Assembly (NCBI GenBank): GCA_051362555.1
Contig: CM120648.1
Location: 2,023,721 to 2,087,720 of the forward strand
Direction: 5' to 3'
Source of the DNA: Lingula anatina
Taxonomy: Eukaryota > Animalia > Brachiopoda
Length of the DNA: 64,000 nucleotides
Of the stretch, positions 24,856 to 38,141 are shown in pieces. The notes below the pieces were generated by a model. It was not told the origin of the DNA and searched no databases. It worked only from the letters and a program-made list of their open reading frames with translations. Position 1 is the first letter of the stretch. Every line of letters starts with the position of its first letter. A program made the translations under genes and the position numbers.

Positions 24856-27800
24856 ATGGCGCTTCAACTACGGCCGGCTCTTGCAGTTCTGGCAATTTTA
24901 ATTGCAGTCCAGCGCGTTGAAGGGACATCTTACGAGAGATGTATGGTTTTGCAAAAAGATTTCAGCAAGACGAAACCTTCACCTGAGCCAGCCACTGAAG
25001 TAAGTGAGAAAAATGACGTAAACGCGTTTGTTACCTCTGTACACACCCTTCTTTCAAACCAGTTTTCTTGTCTGTCATTCTTTGCTAGTGGTTACAAAAT
25101 GTTGAATTTGACCGAAAATTTCAAACTTTCTCTGGGAAGCTGTAATTTTGGGATGTGATAGCTACACCATCACAGTTTATCATTTCATAAAAAGGGAAAC
25201 AGCAGCTGCCCTTTTTAGGGCACACAGGAGAGTTGAACAGCTATACCCACCAAATCCAAGACGCGTTACCCTGGGTAATATATTTTGCACAAACTAATGA
25301 AAGTCTAATGGAATGTTTTCAGTTTTAGTTTAAATCATAAGGGGGTGTTGTCTCAATGCTTCAAAACTGGTTTTGAAGAATTTAATCCACATTTCATAAT
25401 TAATAAAAATGGTGAATATGTGGGTCACGGTAACGTTATTGACGCGGGTACAAAAACTTTTTATAATCATGTAAATAATAACAATATTTTTGCTATTATC
25501 CATACACACTTCATTCATGAGGGGCACACCACTTTCACATGCTTTTAAAATGGAATTGACAAACACAGAGGAATAATGCACATATTTTATTTACTGTAAC
25601 TCTGTCATATGGGACACACACTGCATGAACAAAGTTGATCTAAAGAATGTTCCAGATTGTAGTTTTTTATCAGAACTATTATTTTTTTATTATTATTTTA
25701 ACACAATAAAGTTCAGTTAAATACAAAATTTAACAAAATGAAGTTCAGTGTAACACAAAGTTCATAATTATAACATTCTTCCTGACATATGAAGACCAAT
25801 GGTGATATCTGTTCTGTGCATACTAAGGCATCCACCCTTGGGATTCTGAAAAAAAATCACACAAAGAATCTGTTAACGCTGATAACGAACAATGGATAAC
25901 CTAAGATCACAAATAGTTTATTGCTTATTCAAGCAAAGTACAGTGCATTATGAGTGGCAAACACGCATTACTGAGACACATTTTCTTCACCCATTTTCGG
26001 TGCTTCATTGCGTAACGTAAGTGTTGCTAGTAATCCATTATTGCTGTTTTTACAGACGGTTAAATTTTAAACGCACGGAATACAGTGTAGCAGCTTAATT
26101 TAAGACAAAACTAAAAAAAAGTAATTCAATTTCGATGATTGAGTTTTCGAGAACAAGAGAACATGAATACGGTATCACCGCGTCACCATGTTCAATAAGA
26201 CCTTTAGTCCCCCATGTGAAACAGACGCAAAACGAAAGTTCAGACGAAGTCACCCTACTTATAGAATGGTAAAAATCAATCGGTACACAAATATGTTGAA
26301 ACAATTGAAGAAAAATGAAACGAAACTCATTATTTCTCACCTTCATACAAAGAAGATCCCAATAAACAATCCTGTGACGGTTAAATCGAGGGAATTACAC
26401 CTGTGCCCTGCATCCTATCTCGACAGCGTCATTGCGTGATATGTTATCAGAATGGACCACCCGCCAGTTTGAGCTGGTTTTTTTAGTGTGTAAAAGAAGC
26501 CATTCGTGTGTAGACGTCATCAGTTAGTGAGTATGGAAGAAGATCGCTATCGATGTATAATTTTCACGCGGCATTTTAAAGTCGTCTGATAAGAATCGAT
26601 CTCTGAAGTTTCAGCGTTGCGAACGTAATATTGGGACGCGGTGAAGAAATATCGACCTTGCTGAGCAATAAATGTGAAATTCTTAAGAAAACTGATATTA
26701 TCATGGATTTCGTGACACAAACTAACCGAAATACTACTTTGGACGATTGAACAGTTTTAATAAGGAAAGATAGGATTAGATGAAATTTTCATCGGGGTGG
26801 GACACCGCATGTATCGTAAGTTAAGCTAATTTTGTGATCATTTTTCAGTGACTTCAAATAAATTTTATTTAAATAACCATTTGCACATTCTGTGTATTAT
26901 ATCTTCTTGCAGTAGGTGTATTCCCTGCTTCAATAATTCATTCAAACCCTAAACAAACTGTTCCTAAATAGAGGTAGGGTCGAAATTCCACAAAAAAAGA
27001 CGCCATTTTGAGGGTAATTTCGATATATTTTCTGCTTTTTCTCTTCTTTTGCTTTTATAACAATATCCTCCTTGCTCATGCAGCTTCTTTGATTTGTTAT
27101 TGAAACATACACAACGATGTCATGAGAATTTGGTCGGCTATCTAAATTTAAATAACATTCTTGTTATGGTCCCCCCGCAGTGCACCACTAGCAAAGAATG
27201 ACTGTTGTAGATAAAGACAAATTACAAGTGGTTTTAAAGACTTAAAATTTCAATGAAAAGGGAAATTCTTCCCTTTCTGTGATAAATGTTTCTCATCTCT
27301 ACAGGGTAATACGATGCTTCTTATTACGCACTCGTTGATCTTTTGAAAGCATTTTATATTATTATTCAGATCGTTGAGAAGTCTATTAGTTGCATTGTTT
27401 TAAATTGTTACTTATTTACTGAGAGTTATGGAATCAAAATTCGCAAGCGTCGCACTTTAGGTTCCGCCCCTTTCGAGGTGAAAATACTAGTTTATGAGTG
27501 CCTCTCCCCACTATGGTAAGATTTGAGTTTTTTATTGATATAATTTATAATTAAACTATAAGTATTACCCAGGCTTTCGTTCCCAAGAGAAGGCAAATAT
27601 TCAAAAGCTAGGACTATCAATTTATTTTTAATTTTTAGTTGATCAATCAAAAGATGCAGCATTTTACCCCGTCTTACTTCCAAAATGATAAACACGGTAG
27701 ATTCCATTAACGCCTGACTGTTGCCCGTGTTGAAAGAATTTCCTTGCTGTGACATATTATCAAAAGACACATTTGTGTACTGCATTATAGGACACTTTTA

Positions 27801-29623
27801 TAGGCAGTATCATGGATATTTGCATATTAGACAGACATTAGATGAGAAGTGCAGCTGACTGTGGCCATGCCTTTACCACATTTGACTACATACGGTAACG
27901 ACTCTTTCTTTTCAATAGCGAAAATTATCACTTTCAGATGCGTAATTCTGAAGTCTTATAAATTATATCTTGTGAAAGCATTTTTGTGCTTTTAATGTTT
28001 ATTACAGACCTATAAGGTAGCCTTTTCTCAATTTTGTTGCTACCACTTTGTAGAAATGTTTTAATTTCAAGAATTTATGACCTAAAAAATATAGTATCTG
28101 TAAAATTCACACGTTACCCCATTAAAAAGATGAGTCATTACCGTATATGTCAACTGCCGTATTTTATGGGACTAGTATGACAAGATAATTTGACCCCTAA
28201 ATAAAAAGATACCCTTGACCCTTGAAGACCTAGACAGCAAACCAGTATTATATACGCGAGCTTAGTTAGTAAACAGGATAATATACAAGTTTGGCCTTAA
28301 GTCATGATCATATATTATATTTGAATATCCTGCAAAATTACTCATCTTTAGTAATTGATACACAACGTTTGCAAGTGAGAAAATTGCTTTTTTTCTTGAT
28401 GAAAATTATAATTGGTACAAAAATCCCAGACAGAAAACCTTTTAAGTCTTTTGGCACACAATATGGATCATGTTGTTTTCATACATTCTGAATCGGCCGT
28501 GATTTTGGGAATACTGTTAAAATGTTGTTTTTTTTTTACCAATTTAGTATTATAATCTTCATTAATCCATTTTTTGGTTATCTCTTGTCACAGTTGTACA
28601 CCCCATTGCCATTTCAGTGTCATCGCTACAGAGACAAATCTTGCTGCAAGGCCGGCATGACAACGAGTTTTCTAGAAACCAACCAATGGCTGAACCTCAC
28701 TGACTACGTCCACTGCTCTCAGAAACCCAAATTGTCGTCTGAGTGCCAGAGGGTGTTCCACGACGAACTTTGTTTCTTTTCTTGTTCTCCAAACATTGGT
28801 CAGTGGATAATAACGACGGTGAGTGAAAATAAATCTGGTCTCTGCTTGCCTGTGTTTGTGAATGCTAAGATACCTTTAACTAGTTATCTTAAAAGATACT
28901 TCGCAATCTCTCTCTCTCTCTCTCTCTCTCAATATGTGGGGGATAAATAGAGTATCCGAAAAGCACCAAGTTATCAAATTTAGATTAATTTTTCGCACAC
29001 TTTCCAATCATCTTCAGGCCCATACGCCAAAGCGTGAGCGTTTCAAGAATGTTCCACTGTGTTTAAGTGTGTGTAAGAAATGGTGGGAGGCGTGCATGGG
29101 GGAATACACGTGTCACGCGAACTGGTACACTGGTATGGACCGCGACTCGCAAGGTACGTTCCTTAATGTTTGTATTTGTTCATATAAAATGTTATAATGT
29201 TTCTAAGTGGTCGCATCATTATCTAAGCGCCTCCTTCCGGACGCTCAATAATGGCTCGATCTGCACGTAAAAGCCACAATTTCTGCAGTTTGAATGCCCT
29301 AAGTGAAATATTACAGCACAATTCTGATTAATCTTATCATTCCTTTAGGTATGAACATCTGCCGTAAGAATTCAACGTGTAAACGTTTCTCCGAAGTCTA
29401 CCGCAATGCCAAAAATTTCTGTGAAACCATTTGGGACTACTCTTTCAAAGTGACACCAGATGACGACTCCTGCATGACCTTTGACTTTGACCCAAGCAAG
29501 CCAAACCCAAACGTCGCCGTGGCGCAGAGAGCAGCCAGCGCCGCCTACGTCACGCCACCTGGTTCCTTATGCGTTGTAGGGATGTTGTCTTTGTACTTCA
29601 CTTTACTGTGGATATGGGCATAA
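24856..29623 (+). CDS. Folate receptor / riboflavin-binding protein family, secreted and probably GPI-anchored
   Basis: Exons 24856-24999, 28594-28818, 29018-29153, 29349-29623 in frame. Signal peptide MALQLRPALAVLAILIAVQRVEG. 16 Cys in family spacing (KPSPEP, KSCC, LCFFSCSPNIGQW, RERFKNVPLC...WWEAC...TC..NW, FCETIWDYSF, CMTFDF...NPNVAVA). Hydrophobic C-terminal tail with no cytoplasmic domain. Confidence 0.92.
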
Positions 29624-31591
29624 TCTGAGAGTGGGATCTGTTTCACAACAACAACAACAACGATTATTATTATTATTATCATTATGAAAATTACTTACAG
29701 GCTTGAAATATGGACACCGTGGTATACTTTTAGGGTGGATAACGCGTCATTACACTTTCCAGATTTGTGGTCAAAATATTTGTAAACGTGTACATTGCTA
29801 TGAGGAAATCCAACGCTGATTACAATAACCAGTTTTAATCATTTCATATTCACTCTTTGCTTGCTCAGGTACTTTCTGTGGGAACTCCCACTCTTTAATC
29901 TCAAACCGTTACAAAGGATTTTTGAACTTAACTTCTTAATCAGATTAACGACTTAATCAGACGCCTTTACCTCTTTAGACTTTATACAACGTGTTATGAA
30001 GAATAACAAACCATAAACACAAAGACATATATCTAGAGCTAGGTCCCAAATCTTAAGGCATACATGTATATGTTGAATAATGAGTGAAGATGGACAAGGA
30101 ATTCTGTTTTTGGTAAGTTACTCAAAAGGAAAAGGACAGGTATAAATAAACATTATGATATGATGTTATAACATTATGATACTACACGAACAATACTTTG
30201 AGGATTTCTTTAAAACAAAGATGCTGTGATGCCCAACAGCCAAAGGACATTCAAGTTATTTGGCGTTAAGTTGTGGAGTGGAAGTATTTTTACATAGGTG
30301 GGGACAATTTTGACTAACCAAAAATCGTTTTAATCCTATTTGTTGCTACAGGTAAATGTATTTGTGGTATCTTTGTTAATCGCAGCATGAATGTTCACTG
30401 GTACCTTGGAGCCAGTGTCTATGCGGTCAAACTAATTAAGAAAATCATCTAATCATAAAACACAATGATAATTAATTATTACTTTCATTTACAACCAAAA
30501 AGTCATTCTTTGAGAATGTTCTAAGAAAGCTCACATACTGGTAGTGTATGCATTACTAGTCCTTAAATATTTTACATAAAACAATATTGAAACAAACACA
30601 TGAAAACTTTGTGGGGTTAAGCATATTCTCCTTAAAAGTATTTACAAGATAATTTACTTAGATTACCCTCTAGAATTTGGAACTTTAAAAAAAATAATGT
30701 GCATACATTTTATAATGCCAGAGGTATGTTTTAGTAATGCCCATCACATTAATACCTGTACACTTAGTATGGGGTAGAATTATTCACCGGTAATTTATCT
30801 TCACAAAGTGATCATTTCTTGTAACTTTATGGTAGACGGCTCTATATATTCTTTAATTCAATAAATTAATGGATCAGCACCAAAATATCATCGATTCTAA
30901 CTTAGCCCATTTTTGTGGTAGGATGCTTCATGCAATTCAACAAAGACAAAAACAAACCGATAAACTCCTGGTGGAGGTAGCACAGAAATTGATCGTTTGT
31001 CGCATAGAGCAAATTTTCCTTAACTAATTTACGTTCTACATTGATTGAGATTCCACTGCAGAATTTGGCATAACTCAGTAGGCTCATTCACAATGAGACT
31101 TTTGTTCTACATAGATCGATCCAACTCTGTGGAGACTCTCGCTGAATGCAACCAGATTAAAAGACTGATACGCCAGTCAATTCTCACCGTCTTCACCAAA
31201 TTTACGCCAATGCTTCCTGAAGTCTTTCAAAAAAGAATTCATCGTCTTTGTGAAGCTGGACATAGCTTCTCAGCTCTTCCGGTAACTGAAAGTTTGGATC
31301 ATCGTTCCAGATGAGAGGGATAATTCTTGAATACCCCTCGTGGCGTCCACTGTGACCGTGACTGTGAACCTTGCTGTCGTCTGCCACTGCTTGGAGGGCC
31401 TGTCATGAATATGAACGCTCATGTTTGGAATAATGTTCAATTTGTTTTCTTTTTTAAGTGAACCTTTAAAGTAAGCCTAATTTTTTTTTTTTGAATCAAT
31501 TACTATCAGATTAAATGTTCATGTAAGATCACAAGTAAACAAATTTAAGTCCATCTTATTAGAATAACTGTGGTAGAGCAACTAGTACGTA

Positions 31592-33522
31592 GGGGAGAGC
31601 GGGGTGGGTTGGAACGCGGGTAAGTTGGAACATTGGCTTTATTTCTTAAACCACAAGACCGATCATGTGCTCCTTCAGCATAAAAATGTCACGTGGCATG
31701 GTCATTCATCCGGTAAACTTGTGGAAGTTTCGAAAATGCAGTAAAAGTTTTATGCGAAAAAAACTTATTTTTGCTTCTCGAAGTAAGTTTTCATATTTTT
31801 GACATTCATCGTGCTGTAAACTAAAGTATAAGGATTATATCACTGAAATTGTGCATAGCGTTTAGGACCACCTTGATGTTCAAAAAGCTGTCGTTTTTTT
31901 TAAACACTTCCCACGTGTTAAAGAAATACAGTGTCATAAGTAGGCCATGACGTCATGGGGGCTGGTCGGAACATTTGACATGGGGCCAGTTGGAACACTG
32001 TCAGGGGTGTTCCAACCCACCCCGCACGGTGTTTTTCATTTTTTTAAACCTCTCTAAATATTTTAATTTCAACTTTGAAGAGAGTAGTAACGTAGTAACC
32101 CAGTACAACTCCAACTGGAGACGGAATCTAGCTGATAGAACATCTCCATGATGCCGGAATGTACATGCGTTTAGAAGATACAAGGGGGGATGGTCACTGC
32201 TTGTTAAATGCAGTTGCTAGCTGTTTGGTCGAATAGGGGTCTGCATGCCCACTGTTGCTTTTTGCGATAAATTGCTTTTAAATGTGGAAGGAAATGTCGA
32301 TTATTACTCTGCTTTTCGCGGCAAAATGAAAATATTCTAGCTGAGAGCCTATGTTATGGATAAACTATACAACACCAATTCTGCCGATATTGTTTTAAAT
32401 GCTTTGTGTAATGGATTGGGGGTTGCTGTCAATGTTTAGTGAACGAGGGTACAAAATCCGCCAGAAAAGACAAACATTCACCTCGTAACTTAGGCAAAGA
32501 TTCAGTTGAAATCTCAGTTGCCCTCACCGGAAGAGGTGCTACAACACACTAAAGCGCACTTAAGAAAACCCCAAAACAGCTCAAGTCCAGAGGCTCACCG
32601 TCGCAGTCCAAAGATTAAAAGAAGAAAACGATGCAGTGCAGTACTAACTGACACACCTGAAAATGAGCTACTCGAAAAAGAAAAGGCCAAGCCCAACAAA
32701 ATTAAAAAGGACAAGCGCAACAAAAATAAAAAACAGTTAAAGATTTCTAGTCGATAGAGAAAATCAAGAAAAAGGAAATTAAAGATGACCAGCGATTCTG
32801 TGTCAGAAGAAGAGTGGCCATGTCTGGTTTGTGGGGAGCCGTTCATTAACAGCCGACCAAAGGAGAAATGGGTTAAATGCATTGTTTGTCTAAAGTGGTC
32901 ACATGAAGACTGTAAGGGTGACCGAGTGTACATATGTCAGAACTGCGATTTTGATTCTGAGTTGTTGAGTTGAAAGAGATACAGTTTTCATTTGTAGGTC
33001 TAACATACTGTTGTTAATAGGTTGAGATATATGAGTTCAATTTCTTTTCTCTTAAACTACACCACTTTTGTTATCATTATGAAATGAAGTGTAACTGGAT
33101 ATGGTTTATACATCGAAAAGACTATTTGAAAGCAAATTGTAAACGTAAAAAATGCTTACAAACTATGGAGATACGAATACAAAGTAACACTTACTTGTTG
33201 GGAAATTAATATAGATAATCCTACTCTTAAAATGAATTATACTTTGAATTTATATGCAAGCGTTCCAACTCGCCCTCTTGTTCCAACTCACCCCACTGCC
33301 TGTTCCAACTGACCCCGCGGGTGGGGTGAGATGGAACGTTTTAGGAGGCAACTTTGAGCATTTATAACTCTAAAATAAAAAGACCTACTTGATGTTTTAT
33401 TTCATAGATGAGTGCGGCATATAATTTTCCCCTATCAGATTTTTTATTTTTGTCCCCAAAGCTTTGACTGCTGAGATATCGCAAAAAACGTGAAAACTGT
33501 TCCAACCAACCCCGCTCTCCCC
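31592..33522 (+). mobile_element. Non-autonomous pogo-like (Tc1/mariner superfamily) DNA transposon
   Basis: ~24-bp TIRs GGGGAGAGCGGGGT(G/T)GGTTGGAAC and TA duplication. Absent at the paralogous site in copy B (~50010). Subterminal GTTGGAACA repeats. 32506-32973 encodes a pogo-type C-terminus (SPEEV, RRKRCSAVLTDTPE, PHD-like CLVC...WVKCIVCLKWSHEDC...YICQNC) broken by one in-frame stop. No DDE core seen. Confidence 0.88.
32132..32438 (+). pseudogene. Degraded OTU-like cysteine protease fragment inside the pogo-like element
   Basis: Reads MRLEDTRGDGHCLLNAVASCLVE*, then after a frameshift FCDKLLLNVEGNVDYYSAF...LRAYVMDKLYNTNSADIVLNALCNGLGVAVNV. GDGxCL is the OTU catalytic Cys loop. Confidence 0.6.
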
Positions 33523-35292
33523 TACCTCATGTGTATAGGCCAATTACGGATTGGACATTTTAATTTAGCATGATGCCAGTTTTGGTTGCAGTATCAAATA
33601 TTTCGCTTTGATAATGCGACTTCCTCACAGTTTATACATAATGAAATAATTTCGTTCATTAAGTTTGAAAACCAATTGAAAAAAAAACGCCATCAACGTT
33701 ATGTACGTTGTTTTTGGTTGCTTTTCCTAATGTGCCCTGAAACGCTCGCTTCCGGTCATGCGCACATTATGAAAGGTTTAATCAAATTAACATTATACAC
33801 ACTTACTTCATTTATGTGCATTTTGTTTTCGTTTTCCTTCAGTCCACTACAGAAATCTGCAGTTAACACAAACAAAATTTTTCTGCAATTCTTCCGCTTG
33901 TCGGCATACTCGGTGAAAACTGGCTTTCCAATCGTGAAGTCACGAAAATCTACCACAGCCTTTGGAAAAATGATATCGGAACATTTTTTATCCAAACTTA
34001 TCAGAAAAAAGTAGATTTATTACATTTGCCTTTTGAAAGTAAGAAAAGAACAGAGGCATACACAGGGTCAAATTTTTTGCCACTGCCATTACATCTTTTG
34101 GTAATAAATGAGCCTTTTTCCAAAATAAATAACTGAATGATACCTTTATAATTTGACAAATGGATATTTTTTCTTCAACAGAGAGACCCACTTACTGACA
34201 ACCCTAATTTCTTCTCTAAAATAGGGAGAATGTCGTCGTCGACAACTCTCTTAGCATCGTCTGTCCCAGAATAAATGACCAGAACGTCGTTTTCCATCGG
34301 AGGCTTTTTGTAACATCCACCGCAGCACGCTGTGTTGTGGAGAGGAGAAATTTCATACAATATTTGACAATACATCGTAACTTAACTATTAAACTTCATA
34401 GGACTTTTTATCCAAGTAAAATCGGGGTGTTGGACTAACAATCGCTACCCAAAATAGCATTTTTAGCATTATTGCACCTATTGTCTTTTTTCTATACTTC
34501 CTTCCATTCTTACTTCCTCGTTTCTTGCTTTTTTTTTTTTATTAAATATACATATTTACATTAAACGGTGATTTCGAGACCAGCGCGTTACCTAGCAAAC
34601 ACACTGCTTTGGACCACGTGATTACCAAGTTGCGATCATGTGGTAGCAACGTGGTCCAAACGTGACGTTTTTGCCGATTATTCAAACAAAGATGTAAATT
34701 ACCATTCAAAGACTGTGAAACTGGCTCGTCATTGAGACCCAGCCTCACATCTTTCAACTGCCGCAGCTTAACCAGGGCTTTCTCTTGTACAGTGCCGCCG
34801 GAATGTCCCCTTACTTACCCTCCGGGTCGCTGCGGGTTGTACGGACGGCCTGTCTCAGTAACTATGGAAATAACATTGTCATCCATACGCTGTTTGGTTT
34901 CTGTTAACAATAGTTCCATACCCTGCCCGTCGTGCAATTATCGTGACAAACTTTCTGCTAACAAAAGAGCCTAACCCTAGCTCGCTGAGATAAAGATCGA
35001 AGGTGAGCGTGGTCGCAATTAAGTGTTCGTCCAAGCGTTAATTGACCTTTAATGCGCGGTGGCTTCACTCTACTTTGATCACTCTACTCTGATACGGAGA
35101 TTTTAAGTATAAGAACTTGCCAACAGTGATTTTAAAAGTCGCTTTACCAAAAAGATTCGGTGATGACAGCAATTTTCGTGTACATTGTAGCTATGAATTG
35201 ATTGAATTTATTAAAGATCAAATAAAACACTACTCGCACTTGTACATGTAATATTTATTAGGCTTCAAACTGTCTTTGCTATATACATATTA

Positions 35293-35633
35293 TTAACAAG
35301 ATTGAAATTTATTTTTATAGTATGTCCCTATATGTCTATTAGCTTTGTTCATAGACGAAATGCATTTTTTCCAAAAAGACTTATCAGTTGTTTCAGTGAT
35401 AAACATTTTGTTAGCCATATCTTTAATATAGTTCTGTCTATATTTGCATATAGGATCTCTCCCATCTACACCCGTAACATTTCTGTCCTTTCGTATTCGT
35501 TCATCAATCGTAAACAACCTTCCCATCAACTGAACGCAAAAGTTGCCTGGGGAACTGGCCCGTTGTCGAATTTCGAATATTTCTTTATTTGACAAGGCGA
35601 CGGGTGGCCGACCGAAAGACTGATTCCTTGATT
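35293..35633 (-). CDS. BEN-domain terminal exon within the transposon
   Basis: RASSPGNFCVQLMGRLFTIDER...NVTGVDGRDPI...QNYIKDMANKMF...WKKCISSMNKANR fits the BEN pattern. Acceptor TTTTTGTCCTACAG ends at 35634. Minus-strand AATAAA at 35254-35259. Confidence 0.7.
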
Positions 35634-36066
35634 CTGTAGGACAAAAAGCATCAAAAGAAATTAATTTATAAAGCTGGATTACAATCTCTCGGGCTAACTT
35701 CACTGGTTGGCACGTGCCATCTCACATTAATTAACAATCTTTTCAGGTTAGCTTTTTTCATGCTGGGTAAACACAGTGATTAAGCCCTGACTATTACATA
35801 ATCACTACTGTGTGACACGCGTCGTCTAAAATTAATGTTAACATTGCGATGACGCTCTTCAATCCAAACTAATCAATTGCACATAATTCTAAATCAACTG
35901 ACACGTGTCAACAGGATTGTTTGTGTATCTGGACTTCCTTAATGACCAATAAGTATTTTGTAAAATATGACATGTTTATGTCACTGATTTCTGTGCCATC
36001 GTGTCACCTGCCAAGTGAACGGTATAAATCGACACTCAGATTTTCCAAATCATCACAATTCCAAGA

Positions 36067-36275
36067 TGCCTCTTAGCGATTACGTGCGTCTGCGTATCAT
36101 CGCCCTCCGAGAACAAGGGGTGCGAATTAAAAACATAACCGCACAAATGGAAAATGAAGGCCATAAAGTGTCGCGAAAAGCAATTTACTATGTGTTAAAG
36201 AAATACGACGAAGAGAAGGTCGTGCATCAGGCTACTAAACTAGCAACACATGTAATAAAGGTAATGAGACATTGA
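36067..36275 (+). pseudogene. N-terminal HTH remnant of a Tc1-like transposase
   Basis: MPLSDYVRLRIIALREQGVRIKNITAQMENEGHKVSRKAIYYVLKKY resembles the N-terminal HTH of DD34E transposases. No catalytic domain downstream. Confidence 0.6.
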
Positions 36276-38141
36276 TATTTATTTGATGCATTAGCTATTT
36301 ATAATTTTCCATTTTAACTACGCTTTTGTTGATCGTGACTTATTATCATCAAATAAAATTGTTATACGTGTTTTAAAACTAAGCCTGATTTGTTCTTCAG
36401 AGTTTTGTTCTAATATTCGACTTGCCTTTACTCGAGTCTTCTGTTGCAGTTGATACATAACCCGGTATTGTTTGCTCGTGTCGATAGCAATCTCTTTGCA
36501 TCAGCTATAATAGAAACCTTAAGTGAGGCAATTAAGAAGGGGCAGACCGTGTTCGTTGAACCGACTAAATTGGCGTTCGATAAGGATTGCTTGGGGATTC
36601 CCCTACCCTGTAATTATCATACGGCCTCTATTGTTCGACCATATGGGGCAGGGTTGGGAAACCATACGGCCATTTGGTAAGGGGACATTCCGGCGGCACT
36701 GTACACACAGGCGGTTTGAATGCAGACAAATTGTTCGAAGCTGTCTCATCTTCTGGAATTTCTCGGCGGGAACTTTGCTGATCATGTTCTCAGACACGCA
36801 AATTGTCTCCAATCTTGGGAGATCGCCAAGCTCTTCTGGTAGCGCCTGCAGACGGCACATTTTGAGGCGAAGGTATTCCAATTTCTGAAACATTTGTATA
36901 CATCCCAATATATACATGTACATGTTTATACGGGTGCATGTATGCATGAATTACAAGTACATCGTGGGGAGAAAAATGGGTTCTCTTTATGCGTGACTGG
37001 TAAATAAAATATATAGAATGTATATTTAACAAAAGGTAAAATATATGTACGTAACTGAAACAAAAGTTTTTGATAAAAAACAAACAAACATCCATTCCCT
37101 CTGTTTTTGATTTAAAAAAAAACAACAAAAAACAAAACAAAACAAACAAACAAACAAACAAATATCCATTCCCTCTGATTTATTTCCACATTCAGTCAAG
37201 TGGTTCGTGTAAAAAAAAAACTCTTACCTTCAACTTTTGAACTGCTTTTGGTATGGCGAAAATGGGATTGAGCGATGCATCAAGAAAAACCAAGTGCTCC
37301 AGATCAAATATGCCAATGTTGAGTTCACGAATCTCGTTTGCGTTGAGTGCCAGGCTCTCAAGTTTTGTCAACTTCTTAATAGCACCTAATGATAAAAAAA
37401 AATGAAATGCATTTATAGCTGACATCGTTTTAAATTAAGAGTTCACTATTTGGCATGTGTACTTTTTTTTAATGGGATATTTCCTTAATGATCTAAAATG
37501 ATAGTACTAAAGATATATCGTCTAACCGAAATTTATGTTCTTAATATAGGTAACTCGTATATTTAACAATTGTTACAGTAACCTGTAATTCCTTGAGTCA
37601 CGAGCCGATTATTCGACATGTCCAGGCTTCGAAGTTCGGTCAACTGGTAAACGACTGCAGGTATTGACCGGAAACAGTTGTTCCCGAGACGCAACAGCTC
37701 GAGGTTGCGCAGTTTGGCCAGGTCACTTGGCAAATTTTGAAGTCTGTTGCCCGTCAAATACAAAACTCTGAGTCTCGTGTACTGACAGATAGAAGGTGGT
37801 AAGCGCAGAAGGTCGGAGTTCGGAATAGAAAGGCCGAAAACCTCTTCAGGCTTGTAGTCTGTCAAGTGGGTCCCGTTGTTATCTTGGGCGACGATTTCGA
37901 ACGTTTCACTATCCCTGGAAGGCAACTGCGCATAGAGCAAATGGTCTGATTCGTCGCATGTGTCGATGGTTGCATCGTCGAGATATTCTGCAATTATGCA
38001 GGTCTCTGAAAGTTCTGATTCGCTGTCCGAATCGCTACTTGACATTGGTTTCTTTTTTTGTTTCGCCTGAAATACCATCTCGTGCTGTATAAAATATAAA
38101 AAAAGAAATTGTGGTTTAGTAATAATTACAACAACAACAAC

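Larger units (their letters stand above)
34790..36701 (+). mobile_element. Non-autonomous Tc1/mariner-type DNA transposon (1912 bp) carrying a BEN-domain exon
   Basis: Perfect 25-bp TIRs CAGTGCCGCCGGAATGTCCCCTTAC. TA duplication at 34788-34789 and 36702-36703. Single TA at the empty paralogous site (~51432). Confidence 0.92.

Noticed and set aside
25150-28270. CpG-richer, TE-like sequence in intron 1 of the folate-receptor gene with short ORFs
   Set aside because: Probably decayed transposon DNA, but I could not identify TIRs, a TSD or a protein motif to support a call.
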